From contig NC_043011.1 in the NCBI RefSeq assembly GCF_006345805.1, forward strand, positions 48,310,464 through 48,374,463: a stretch of DNA of 64,000 nt. The letters run 5' to 3'. This document shows, piece after piece, positions 1-11,925 of this stretch. The translations under genes were made by a program, and so were the position numbers. Origin of the DNA: Octopus sinensis (lineage: Eukaryota). Numbering within the stretch: position 1 is the stretch's first letter; every line of letters begins with the position of its first letter. The notes under the pieces were generated by a model that did not search any database, was not told where the DNA came from, and saw only the letters and a program-made list of their open reading frames with translations.

Positions 1-430
1 TATGTATGTATATGTGTGTATGTATATAAGTATGTATGTATTTATGCGTGTGTGTGTGTGGGTGTGTGTATGTATGCATGTGTGGGCGTGTATGTATTTA
101 TGTATGTATGTATGAATGTATGTATGTGAGTCTATCAGCAAAAAGTTGTGAATATATATATTTGTATTCCTTGTTTTTCTCAGAAGCAATTATTAATTTT
201 CAGTCAATGAGGCAGAATTTAATAAAACTTTTGTATGAAATTATAACCAGCTCTCTTTCTCTCTCTCTCCCTCTCTCTTTCTCTGACGTATAATATGTCT
301 GTGTATATATTGAAGCATATAATACATACATATATACATAACATACACTCTTGTATAATACATATGTTTGTATGTGTGTGCATATGCATATGTAATTATA
401 CACGAACAGATGGTATACACATACTCATAT
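1..430. repeat. Compound (TG)/(TATG)/(TA)/(CT) microsatellite tract
   Basis: Visible low-complexity repeats; overlapping ORFs are repeat translations. Confidence 0.9.
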
Positions 431-976
431 ATGCATTTCGTATACATACTGGATAACTACTTTCCACATAATAACAGAACCATTCAACATTATTTCCAAG
501 CTGAAGACTAAAACAATTTCTCCACCTGTAATCAAAACAGATTTCCAAAAAAAAAAAAAAATGGTTAAATACACACTTTGGTTTAACAATAACCTATATA
601 TTTTATTTTCCTTCCTTCTAAATAATAATTATTAAATGAAAACTTCACAAGTTAATATTCCCTTATATGAAAACAAGAAAGAAATCGTTCTAACTACTTA
701 TTAAGTACTTAAAGCAATTTTATATTTACAATTAATAATATATTTTATATGAGTTACTGCACCTTTGTATTCGATTGCTTCGCAATCATATTCTGTCCTT
801 TGTATGTAATCTTCTTAGTGTACAGCATTGTATAATATTTGCGTGTGTATATGTGTGAATGCAAGATGGAGCGGTTTTGTTGAGTGATTTTATATAATAA
901 CACAGGTGTGTATGTGACGGTATTAATGTTAAGTGACTATGTAACACACAAATTCATGTATATACGAATGAGCCTC

Positions 977-1017
<41 letters not shown>

Positions 1018-1302
1018 ATGCATGCATGTATTTTCTCCCTCTGGAACTCCAAGCAATATTAGGCAATGACTAATGCTACATTTTTTCTGCTTCGTTACAT
1101 AAATGCTTTTTTTTTTGTTAGTTCTTTGATCTTCCCGGCATTTAATAAGCTAACACTAATTTCAGGTATATATGAATGTTTCTCAGTCTGTGGATATACA
1201 TGCAAGCTTATGAATGTGTGTGTGTGTTTCTCTATGTGTGTGTATGTGTGTTCACGTGTGTCTTTATTGCAATGTTTATGCTATATGTGCATGTATATTT
1301 TT

Positions 1303-1690
1303 TCATCTAGTTTCAGCTCACGAGCTGTGGCCATGCTGGAGCACTGCCATTTGGAGTTGCTACATAATTTTACTTCACGAATGCTTTTTAGCAATTGACA
1401 TTTGGTGCACGAGAGAGTTTGATGCAGCGGCCCTCATCTGCACCCCCTACCGCAAAGTTGGTTCATCTGGGACACTTGACAGGAAGAGGTCCAGCTTTAT
1501 TTTGAAGACATCTACATGCACGCCATGCAGGTCTCTCAGGTCCTTCAGGAGGATATTGAAGAGCTGTGGACCTCTGAAGCCCAGGCTATTGCAGTATCTT
1601 GTCCTACATCTTGATGGCAAATTTGGAGTCCTTGGCACTATGCAGTGGCGCACAGTTCTAGTATTTGTGTAACTCACAATGCCAATATAA
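1303..1690 (-). mobile_element. 5'-truncated CR1/L2-like LINE 3' end (RT C-terminus plus stem-loop tail)
   Basis: Translates RGPQLFNILLKDLRDL..VDVFKIKLDLFLSSVPDEP*GVQMRAAASNSLVHQM with a premature stop, then tail GCAGTGCTCCAGCATGGCCACAGCTCGTGAGCTG; paralogous to 54410-54748. Confidence 0.8.
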
Positions 1691-1727
1691 ACCAATTATT
1701 TATATATATAAATCTTTTATTTTTTAT

Positions 1728-2167
1728 CTTTTGCAGTCATTTTGACTGCGACCATGCTGGGGCACTTGAAGAATTTTAGTTGAATTAATCAGCACCGGAA
1801 TTTGGTCTTTTGGTCATTTTTTGTTTTTGTTTTGTTTTAAACCTAGCACTTATTCTATCAGTCTCTTTTGCCAAGCTGCTAAGCTGCAGGGACAGAAATA
1901 CACCAATGCCAGTTATCAAATAGTGACAGGGGACAAAGATAGATGCAAAGTCACAAACACTCACACACACACACACAAAACACACACACACACACACACA
2001 CATACACATATGACAGACTTCTTTCAGTTTCCAGCCCTCAATTTCACTCACAAGGCTTTGATTGGTCTGATACCACAGTAGAAAACACTTGCCCAAGGTA
2101 CCACACAGTGGGACTGAACCTGGAACCATGAAGTTGAGGAACTAATTTCTTACCACACAGCCACATG
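1728..2167 (-). mobile_element. tRNA-derived SINE family B
   Basis: Head GTGGTAAG..GGTTCAGTCCCAC..CCTTGGGCAAGTG, internal CA repeat, CCAGCATGG tail; at least 8 copies in the window. Confidence 0.85.
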
Positions 2168-2905
2168 TGTTTGGTGAGTCTATACACATAAGACTGCATA
2201 AGTGTTTCTTAAAGTTTAAATTTCTGTATCTGTGATTATGCATATGGCTACTATTTTTAGCAGATAAGTCACCTCTTCAGAGGCTTCCTCACTGCTGTTG
2301 TTGCTTAGACCCAAATCAATCATGATACAACGGATCCATTATCATTTTTTCAGGTTTTGTGTGTATTCAGGACTTCATTATACAAAATGCTGTTTTCTTC
2401 CATTTTTGTTTTTCAAAGCAAATCACGAGGATAAATTTGCAGTTATATCTAGCAGCGTAAGTGACCACGTAGTAGCTCCTTCATTCTTGCTCATATATCA
2501 TTAGATTTTTACAATAAGTTTTCAATAGAAATGGTATACGAATACGGAATGTATATTATATATATATATGATTAATGAAAATAATAGCAAACACAAACAT
2601 AAGATATGGGGAAAGAACGAAAATGCTGAGACAATCAGCTAAAACGATACATTCCAGATGCAACAGATTAAAACTACTAAAGATAAAAAGAAGTAAAAAT
2701 GAGATAGGATGCTGCATCTGATAAGAAACATAAGTTTGGGGCTTGATATGAATATATCAATGTAGGAAGACTGATGAGAAGCAGAAAATATTAGCTTCAA
2801 AATATGCCAGTATGAAGTACATATGACCCACGTTTGGCTTGTTTAGTTCCAGATCTGGTATGATTGAACAGATCTTTTGCATAGAAGTGTTCTATTTGTG
2901 ATCAG

Positions 2906-3053
2906 CTGTGTAGTAAGAGGCTTGGGTACCACCCACATAGTTCCGGGTTCAGTCCCACTGTGTGACACCTTGGGCAAGTGTCTTCTACTATAGCCTCAGG
3001 CTGACCAAAGCATTGTGAGAGGATCTGGTAGATGGAAACTGAAAGAAGCCATC

Positions 3054-3058
<5 letters not shown>
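2906..3058 (+). mobile_element. SINE family B, 5' half ending in (TA)n
   Basis: GGGTTCAGTCCCACTGTGTGACACCTTGGGCAAGTGTCTTCTACTATAGCC. Confidence 0.85.
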
Positions 3059-3119
<61 letters not shown>

Positions 3120-3124
3120 ACAGT

Positions 3125-3440
3125 TTACAAAAAAAAACAAAAGACGAAGACAGGTGGTGTATAAAACAAACAGATGTATTAGTATAACGCTCAGGAATAC
3201 AAAAAGTCTTTTACGTTTCGAGCCTATGCTCTTCTACAGAAAGGGACACAGAAAAAACAAGGAGAGAAAAAAATGTGTGTTGTGGCTAACGATCTATCAT
3301 GGCGATATATAAATATATTTCGTTTGTGGACTTGGTTTGCAAGATTCTTTATTTGAGTTCGTGTGTTGAAGCATATTCTGTTGTGTCTGGAGAGAGTCAT
3401 TTTCTTTTTGTACCTAATAATTTAACACACTCACTGGTAA
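3125..3440 (-). mobile_element. Probable Penelope-derived repeat (family P2) carrying a hammerhead-like motif
   Basis: 3125-3290 resembles 60945-61120; 3352-3430 resembles 49680-49770. Confidence 0.5.
3208..3243 (-). ncRNA. Minimal type-I hammerhead-like motif with variant core CUGUAGA
   Basis: CTTT-CTGTAGA-A-GAGC(ATAG)GCTC-GAAACGT-A-AAAG: perfect stems I and II, palindromic ACGU stem III, GUA site; the normally conserved A6 is U. Confidence 0.55.
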
Positions 3441-3517
3441 AAACGTAGTGACAGACGAAATAACACTAAGCATTTCAACCGGCGTGCTAATGATTCTGCC
3501 AGCTCACTACCTTTATG

Positions 3518-3548
<31 letters not shown>

Positions 3549-3571
3549 TAATAATAATAATAATAATAATG

Positions 3572-3609
<38 letters not shown>

Positions 3610-3778
3610 CCTTTCTCTTATAAGCACATGGCCTGAAATTTGAGTACTTGATTTATCAACCCTGAAAGGATGAAAAGCAAAGTCGACCTCGGTGGAATTT
3701 GAACTCAGAATGTAATGGCAGATGAAATACTGCTAAGCATTTCGCCTGCTGTGCTACCGATTCTGCCAGCTCACCAAT

Positions 3779-3780
<2 letters not shown>
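3610..3780 (-). mobile_element. tRNA-derived SINE family A between (AAT)n tracts
   Basis: Reverse complement of GGTGAGCTGGCAGAATC..GAGTTCAAATTCCACCGAGGTCGACTTTGC. Confidence 0.8.
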
Positions 3781-3823
<43 letters not shown>

Positions 3824-4485
3824 TGGAAGAAGAAGAAAAAGAAACAAAGAGGGAAGAGGAGGAGGGAGAAGGTGAGAGGAGGAGTGAACAAAAGAGAAAG
3901 AGGAAGGGAGATGAATGAAAGAGAGGGAGAAGGAGGAGGAAGGAAAGCAGAGGAGGAGGAGGAGGAGACGAAGAAGTAGTAGTTGTAGCAGCAGCAGTAG
4001 TAGTAGTAGTAGTAGTAGCAGCAGCAGTAGCTGCAATGCTGTATCCACAGAGTCTACCGCATACAGAAAGAAAGGGTATTATACCCTGTGTAAGGGTTAA
4101 ATTCTTATTAGTTTCATACAAAAGCCATCACAGAGAAATTACAGCAAGTGTTACGACACAAAGTCATTTCAAAGTTATTACGAAAATTCTTGTGAATGAT
4201 ATTTTCTTCAATAACTGTTGATTAGGAGAGGGCTTTTACATAACAACGTCATCCATTCAATATATTGCGACAATTGCACGTCTTTAATAATGCTAGATAT
4301 AAGATGGACATGTTCTTAGGCTATAATAGTCTTCACTAGTAATTCATAGAAGTGAGAGCACTTCACTTCTGAACAAACAAAAATTGAAAAGAAAAGAAGT
4401 CGATTTACATTTGGCTCGTCTGGTGATAATTGCATTATTAAGGATCTGACAATGTGGCAGAGACCAGGAATTTATGAATACTTAC

Positions 4486-4566
4486 TGTTTTCCTGAGATA
4501 AGGGAAGGGTAGAAAAGCCTCTGCAGCAATCTTATTAATTTTGCCTACTGAAATTCGATAATAAAT
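4486..4566 (-). CDS. Speculative 81-bp phase-0 exon encoding an LRR-like peptide IYYRISVGKINKIAAEAFLPFPYLRKT
   Basis: TAG acceptor, GTAAGT donor, open frame, IxxIxxxAFxxxxxLR pattern; no partner exons found. Confidence 0.2.
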
Positions 4567-4850
4567 CTAATTGGATATATGGAGATATTTTGAAGAATTG
4601 CTAAAAAGATTTTTGATTTTATTAGTTTTAATTATAGAATCAACGATATACAATAAGTCTTCAAAAAACTGTTGACTACACACAAACACAAACAGACACA
4701 AACACCCAGACACACATGCACATACACATATACATACATGTAAATATGAGTGTGGAACCTGTGGAAGACACATCGGATGTCGAAATATCGTTCACTTGAT
4801 AACAATGGCACTCTTCTTTTTTGCATATTATAATGATAATAATAATAATA

Positions 4851-5195
4851 ACAAGAGCACTCAGAGAGCATAAACCTTTGCCAAGGCAACACTAACGTAC
4901 TGTCAATGATTAGCCAGAGATGATTTTTAAAATCTGAAATAAACTCGACTGATCTCACAAACGAGAATACTAAAGATAAACCCGACCGCTCTCAAAAATT
5001 GAGCAAAAATACCAAAATAATAATCTGGAATCCTTGTCTGCTATTGGATCGATCCCAAAATCTAATTTGTTCATGCTAGTCATGAGGTAAAACATTCCTG
5101 AAAGTTTCATCCTAATCCATACAATGGTTTTTGTGATATCAAGTCCATGGTCAAACAAACAAACAAACATGACTGCAAACAAATACCAGTCAAGT
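4851..5195 (+). mobile_element. Helentron-associated (DINE-1/HINE-like) non-autonomous element, 3' end lost
   Basis: Starts ACAAGAGCACTCAGAGAGC..CCTTTGCCAAGGC; contains AAGTTTCATCCTAATCC and a (CAAA)n subterminal repeat. Confidence 0.55.
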
Positions 5196-6444
5196 ACTGG
5201 GGTCGATGTAATATACTTCTGATACCCTAAAAAATTACTACCACTGTACCAAAATTTGACATTATTATTATTATTGTTGTTGTTAATGCTGTGAGCTGGC
5301 GGAATCGCTACCATTCTCTACAAAAGGCTGAATCCAAATTCCACCAAGGTCAACTTTGGCTTTCATCACTTCTAGATTAATGAAATTATTATTGTTATAT
5401 TTCGGAATGGTCATATTGTCAGTTTAGCCAATAAAATCACACGCACTATATATTTGGTGTTATTTTGCTTCAGTGATATTTATTTTTTACATTAATCTTA
5501 ATCTTATTTCGGCCAGAAATGAAATTATTATTATTATTATTAGTAGTAGTAGTAGTAGTAGCAGCAGCCGTTCAAGAATTTGGTCCTGGAGATTTCCATT
5601 TCCAGCGACTTTGAGTGCCACCTCCCAGTGGTGTTGGGCGTCAACGAAGAGCCCTCGACTACAACAAGACGACCAAAGTTTGTTTTTTTCCCCCAAGGTC
5701 TGGGGTCTCCCACTCCTAAGCCCTCGACCATCACCTAATCACCCTTACCCATCTTGTTGCTTAGCAACAACAACAACAGCAGCAGTAGTAGTTATAGTAG
5801 CATGTTAGTGGACAGCAGAATTGGAAAACCAATGGATTAAATGCCTCATTGGTATTTAGTTAAATTTCTTTATGGTAAAATAATTAACTGACAAATACAG
5901 GAGAGAGATTAAATTAATTGCATGACCACAAAGATTGGGAAGCCTAGCAGCAAGCACTGATAATGCAGTTGACTAAATATCTAATTGTATTCATTTATTT
6001 ATTTTTTTTGGCTATGTTCTAAGTTCAATTTTTGGTGGGAGCAATTTATTTATTTATTTTTTTCATGTCTTGGTAGCTATATTCAATAAAACATCAATCA
6101 CTAATACTTGAGAAGTGTGAGGGTCAATTAAAAAGCCTATACTCTTCCTTTAAAAAATGTTTGATTTTTAAACCAATGCACTAAACAATCAATATTGTTT
6201 TTATTGGTTAAGAATTGACAGAAACGATAATGCATAAAAAAACGAAAAAAAAAGAAAAAAATGGAAAAAGAAAATTTACACTTTGCGATATTTAGTTAAA
6301 TTACTTTGTACTGACTTCAAATCCTACCGGGCTCAACATTGCCCTTAAGAGTATAAAATAAAGTACCATTTAAGTACAGGGGTCTATGGTGTCAAGTTAC
6401 CCCTTCCCCTCCAAACTGTTAACCTTGTGCCTAAATTGGAAACA

Positions 6445-6474
<30 letters not shown>

Positions 6475-6477
<3 letters not shown>

Positions 6478-6778
6478 TAGTTTTATTTTTATTTTTATAG
6501 CGTGCTTTCACTTCACTACCAAGCGCAGCTCTGTGTGCCTTGGGTATGTGCTGTGATTTGTTGTGATGCTCTGATGGTTATTGTATGGAAAGTGTTCTGC
6601 GTAGGATGTGTGCAGTGCCTAGTAGTGCAATTTTCTGTATGTTATATGTGTTTGTAAGTCCTGGTGTTTTTGTTATGTATTTGTCTGAATATTTTTTTAT
6701 CATGCCTAATGCACCTACTATGATAGGAATTGTTTCTGTTTTCAGATTCCACATTCTAGTTACCTCTATTTCCAGGTC

Positions 6779-6780
<2 letters not shown>
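6475..6780 (-). mobile_element. R4/Dong-type (restriction-like endonuclease) non-LTR retrotransposon 3' fragment within (TAA)n
   Basis: Translates KDLEIEVTRMWNLKTETIPIIVGALGMIKKYSDKYITKTPGLTN(I)YNIQKIALLGTAHILRRTLSIQ*; (ATT)n on both flanks. Confidence 0.8.
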
Positions 6781-6840
<60 letters not shown>

Positions 6841-6949
6841 ATAGAAAGGATTGAGGTAACTCCTCCTGAAGATATAGAGTCAAAATTAAATGAAGCGTGC
6901 CATTGTTATGTAGTGAACGATATTTTGACATCTTGTGTGTCTTCAACTG

Positions 6950-6989
<40 letters not shown>

Positions 6990-6994
<5 letters not shown>

Positions 6995-7200
6995 TGGCAA
7001 CCTGGCAGAATCATTAGCATGCCAAGTGAAATGCTCACTGGTATTTTGTCTGTCGCTACGTTCTGAATTCTGAGTTTGACCTTGCCTTTCATCCTTTCAT
7101 GGTCGATAAATTAAGTACCAGTAAAACACTGTGATAGATAGATGTAATCGACTTATCCTCTCTCCCAAAATGGCTGTCCTTGTGGCAAAATTTGAAACCA
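6990..7200 (+). mobile_element. SINE family A
   Basis: GGTGGCAACCTGGCAGAATCATTAGC..TTTCATCCTTTC..AAATTTGAAACC. Confidence 0.8.
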
Positions 7201-7417
7201 TTATTACCTTCGCCTTAGCGAAGGTACTTTTCTACTGGTGTTTTGTTCATACTTTTATAAACAATATTTTTTCTTTTCCTAGTTGCTTTGTATCTTAGTG
7301 ACTGGAAGTTCCAGGAATCCCAGGAGTGTAATATTACATTTATATTGTCTTACATATACTTCCATGGGGTCAAGTGACTATTTAATCAAGTCGCTGCTCA
7401 TTATAGCCACAAACGAA
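7201..7417. repeat. Copy 1 of a ~175-bp local duplication; begins with a HINE-like hairpin CCTTCGCCTTAGCGAAGG
   Basis: 7239-7417 aligns by eye to 7730-7903. Confidence 0.75.
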
Positions 7418-7729
7418 GGCAAGAATTACAACACTATCTGCTTTATTCTCATAAATAGAGGCTTGACTAAAACATAAGCTGAATTTGTCAGACAAACCTT
7501 TAACTACATAACAGTAACTGTCATGTTTGCCTTTTTTCAATAGAAGTCAACTTAGCCTTTCATCCTTTCGTGGGCGATAAATTAAGTACAAGTTGTGTAC
7601 TGATGTTGATCTAATAGACTGGCCCCTTCCCCCAAAATTTCAGGCCTTGTGCCTAAAGTAGAAAATACTATACAGTGGACTACGTTTCTTGCAGATACTT
7701 TTCGACTAGTGCTGGTATAGTTTCCTTTA

Positions 7730-7903
7730 TGTTTTGTTCTTACTTTTATAAACAATTTTTTTTTCTGGTTGCTTTGTATCTTAGTGACAAGAAGTCCCAT
7801 GAATCCCAGGAGTGTAATATTACATTCATACTGCCTTACATATACTTCCATGGGGTCAAGTGACTATTTAATCCAGTCACCGCTCATTATAGCCACAAAC
7901 GAA
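7730..7903. repeat. Copy 2 of the ~175-bp local duplication
   Basis: Shares CCCAGGAGTGTAATATTACATT and ACATATACTTCCATGGGGTCAAGTGACTATTTAATC with copy 1. Confidence 0.75.
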
Positions 7904-8299
7904 ATTTCATTCTTGCATCATTGTTGTTCATGTTGTTGCTGTTGTTGTCTTCATTACCACCATTGTTGTTGATTTTTCCTAATGAATTAGATGGAGACGA
8001 CACAGATTTTTTCACTCTCTGACGTTGCTTATTCATTGTCATAGTTACTACGGTAGAGTTACTTGTATGACAGCAGCTTCAACTATTCATCATATTGCCT
8101 TTCTCTCTCAATTTTTTTCATATACACACTCTTTCACTTTCTGCATTGCACTGCATTTCTGAGAAGTAAATATTATTTTTTCTTTTTTATTTCCAAGTAA
8201 TACGATTTTGCAAAACAACCCCACCCTTCTCCTCTTGAGAGAGAACAGCAAAACAGAAAATTCACTAAAATGAAGTCGGTTTCTTTTTTTTTTACATGT

Positions 8300-8560
8300 T
8301 TCATTCATTTGACTGTGGCCATGCTGGAGCACTGCCTTAAAGGGTTTTAGTCAAAGAAATTGACCCCAGAACTTATTATTTCTAAACCTAGTACTTATTC
8401 TATCATTCGCTTTTTGTGGATTGCTTAGTTACAAGGACATAAGCACACCAACATTGGTCTTCAAGCGATAGCGGGGAGGGACAAACACAGACACACATAA
8501 ATACACACATACACACACACACACACACATGCACATATATATGATGGGATTCTTTCAGTT
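8300..8560 (-). mobile_element. SINE family B, 3' part
   Basis: CATTTGACTGTGGCCATGCTGGAGCAC..CTAGTACTTATTC. Confidence 0.8.
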
Positions 8561-8569
8561 TCTTATTTC

Positions 8570-8797
8570 TTTACTGCCCACAAGGGGCTACACACAGAGG
8601 GGACAAACAAGGACAGACAAATGGATTAAGTCAATTATATCGACCTCAGTGCATAACTGGTACTTATTTAATCAACCCCGAAAGATGAAAGGCGAAGTCG
8701 ACCACGGTGGAATTTGAACTCAGAACATAGCTGCAGATGAAATGCCACTAAGCATTCTGCTTGGAATGCTAAAAAGTCTGCCAGCTCATCACCTTAA
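8570..8797 (-). mobile_element. SINE family A
   Basis: CCCACAAGGGGCTA..GAAAGGCGAAGTCGACC..GGAATTTGAACTCAGAAC. Confidence 0.85.
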
Positions 8798-9559
8798 ATG
8801 ATGATGATGACGATGACGATTTTCTACTGGAGCATCAGATTAGGAGGACATTGCAAAGACAGTTTACAATTTGTGTGTGTGTGTGGGGGGGGGGGGCTTA
8901 CATTAAAAAGAGAGAAAAAATAAGATAAATGTATGCACAGTGTACAAAGTATGTGAATGCATCTATTATGTAATCATCCTGATACAAGAAAACCTCAGAC
9001 TTGGGCTAATCAAATAATCTGACTAATCCAGGATCATTTTATCCATGATAATTTATAACATAGGCTCAAAACCACGGATTCTGAGGTGGGATATTGTTAA
9101 TTACATTGACCAATCACTTGACTTGTAGTTTATTTTATGGAGCCCATGGGGCTAAAATGTAAAGCTGGCACCAGTAGAATTTGAACTCACAAAGTAAAGT
9201 GATTTAAAGCAAACTCAGTGAAGCATTTAATCTGTCACTTCACTAATTCTGTCATCCGTTGCTCTTCATAATAACATTTATATAAATGCTGTTACTTTTG
9301 CTTCATTTGTAATATTATTATTGTAAATAAGTTGAGAATAAAGAACAAATGCACTAGTTAAATATATAAACAAAATCGATGCTCATAATTCTTTATGGCA
9401 CCAGTTTTAGGGATTCAGGACAAAATATCGATTCCTGATGTAGATATTGAACTGCTCGTTACTAATTCTGTCTAGCTATTCTGTTGCGATTCCATGATTC
9501 CTCTTGCCACAAATCTCAGTCAAGGAATAACGTGGAGATTATATTTTTCTTGCATTCTA

Positions 9560-10110
9560 TACCTGTCTGCAGAGAATGATGTAGGAACCAAGAACAGTTG
9601 GTTGTATAAAAATAGAAAGAAAAACAGTTTGATGGGGATGCCTTCTGAACTGAATATTTAACAACGCCAAAGCGAAGAGGAAATAAATGAAAATAGAAAA
9701 CAGGTGACTGCAAACCACACAATTGTAAAATCTGAAATTGTTGTTACCCATTGATGTGTAAATGTGTGCAAATGATGTCTGCATTTTTATGATTTATTTT
9801 GTATATTCCATCTCTCTGCATTGACTAAGATAAAGTGTGAAAGTAGACAGGTCTTCTGTAATATCTATGGGTGGTGGGAATAGGTGGAAGAACTTGATAA
9901 CATAGTCTCTTTCAACAGCATCACCTAAAATACAGACATCGCGCATCTCAAATGAAACAACATACGGAGCACTGCGCCATCCCCTTCCAATCATGAAAAT
10001 GCTGGCAGATAGGAATCTAGCTAAGAATGCATTACACAAGCTCGTGGCAATAAATATTTCATGTCAGTGAATGACCAAATTTAGTGAAGCATTGATTACA
10101 TTCACTGAAT
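9560..10110 (+). pseudogene. Degenerate Gypsy/Ginger(GIN1)-type integrase remnant
   Basis: Across frameshifts: HPLPI (9978-9992), CWQIGI* (10000-10017), RGNKYFMSV (10043-10069), echoing the integrase motif LHPIPV..W..IGIDL...RGNKYIL..D; many stops. Confidence 0.45.
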
Positions 10111-10512
10111 CTTTCAGAGAATAAAAACAGTGTGAATATTATTTACAACATTATAAGATGCACAATAAAAATTATATAAATAAATTATAGGTTTATATGC
10201 ACTCAGTAATTCAATGCATACATGTTGTTTAACTGTATAATTATTGATTATATTTATAAGCCCAAAGCCAATACTCGTAAGATTGGTGTATGAATGGAAT
10301 AAAGCCCATTGTGTTATTGCCATTAATTTTGTCAGTCTGTAAACATGGATCTGTGGGTTGCACCAAGTTGTTTGCTCAACTACTTAAGTCAGCTTGATGA
10401 GGGGCGATCTGGGGCTACACTATAATTTTAATTACTCCTGTTTGCTGTAGATTCAGTTCACAGGAAGACAAAATGAAATGTGGAGCTATTTCTTTTAAAT
10501 ATATATGTTTAG

Positions 10513-11219
10513 CCCTTTAGCATTTAAACAGGTCATATCCAGCCAAAAAACTTTAAATATTCAGGCCATATCCAGCCAAAATATTCCTACTATTCGGGCC
10601 ATATCCATCCAAAATATTCAAACTATTCTTGGCATATCCAGCCAAAATATCCCAACTATTCAGGCCATATCCAGGCAAAATATTCCAACTATTCAGACCA
10701 TATCCAACCAGAATATTCCAACTATTCAGGCCATATCTAGCCAAAATATTCCAACTATTCAGGCCATATCCAGCCAAAATATTCCAACTATTCAGGCCAT
10801 ATCTAACCAGAATATTCCAACTATTCAGGCCATATCTAGCCAAAATATTCCAACTATTCAGGCCATATCCAGCCAAAATATTCCAACTATTCAGACCATA
10901 TCCAACCAGAATATTCCAACTATTCAGGCCATATCTAGCCAAAATATTCCAACTATTCAAGCCATATCCAGCCAAAATATTCCAACTATTCAGGCCATAT
11001 CCAGCCAAAATATTCCAACTATTCAGGCCATATCCAGCCAAAATATTCCAAATATTCAAACTGGCCAGATCTGGTATCTTACACTAAACCTACAATAGTA
11101 TTCTAGAAATTAACAGTTACCCATGAAAATCTTGAGAATACAAGATAATGCATAATTAACTCTAAACAATGTGAATAAATAAACAATATTTCTGATAGAA
11201 TAATATGAATGTTAAAGGG
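10513..11219. mobile_element. piggyBac-type MITE expanded by an internal minisatellite
   Basis: TIRs CCCTTTAGCATT / AATGTTAAAGGG (1 mismatch); TTAA on the right, TTAG on the left. Confidence 0.75.
10530..11056. repeat. 33-bp minisatellite, about 16 units (AGGCCATATCCAGCCAAAATATTCCAACTATTC)
   Basis: Direct repeat; accounts for the IQAISSQNIPT ORF and the two other repeat ORFs here. Confidence 0.95.
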
Positions 11220-11267
11220 TTAAAATAAATATTAGAGTTCTTAAAAATTGTTTCTGAAATCCTTAAT

Positions 11268-11525
11268 CATCATCATCATCATCATCATCATCATTGTTTA
11301 ACGTACGCTTTCCATGCTAGCATGGGTTGGACGGTTCGACCAGGGTCTGGGAAAACCAGAAGACTGCACCAGTCTGATCTAGAAGTGTTTCTACAGCTGG
11401 ATGCCCTTCCTAACGCCAACCACTCCTTGAGTGTAGTGGGTGCTTTTTACATGCCACTAGCACAGGCGCCAGGGGAGGCTGGCAATGGCCACATTCGGTT
11501 GGTGCTTTTTATGTGCCACCAGCAT
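11268..11525 (-). mobile_element. RTE-type LINE 3' UTR fragment with (GAT)n tail
   Basis: Same sequence as the 3' UTR following the RTE ORF end at 41600-42185. Confidence 0.8.
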
Positions 11526-11631
11526 AATATATGTATCAATATCAAGTAGGTTGATGTACTCTGTGGAGGAGAGGAGCAACATCAGAGATTTCATATATTG
11601 ACATTTAGAGATAGACTGAGCCAATAACAAT

Positions 11632-11702
11632 GGGCATATGGCATAGTGGTTAAGAGCATGGGCTACTAACCCCAAAATTCCGAGTTCAATTCTAGGCAGT
11701 GA

Positions 11703-11765
<63 letters not shown>

Positions 11766-11925
11766 CAACAACAACATCGAAAAATACCTTAGGAATGAGA
11801 ACCCAGGTTCAAAATTTCCCCAAGACATCTGATGAAGGCTAGAGGGTATATCAATATCAGCCAAAACGTTGTGTTAACAACAAACAAGATGAGGACAAAT
11901 ATCCATCAAATGTAAATAATGTAAA
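11632..11925 (+). mobile_element. P1 element: tRNA-like head, (AAT)n, hammerhead segment, PLE tail; hammerhead core mutated (GAAAC to AAAAC at about 11863)
   Basis: A-box TGGCATAGTGG, B-box GAGTTCAATTC, CTGATGAAGGCT..CAGCCAAAACGTTGTGTT. Confidence 0.8.

Noticed and set aside
10530-11056. CRISPR-like array
   Set aside because: Contiguous repeats with no unique spacers, no cas genes, eukaryotic context
10505-11098. 197-aa repeat-protein ORF (IQAISSQNIPT)n
   Set aside because: Translation of a 33-bp minisatellite inside a MITE; open on both strands
11632-11705. tRNA gene
   Set aside because: No acceptor stem; part of the repeated P1 element. The same applies to the SINE heads.
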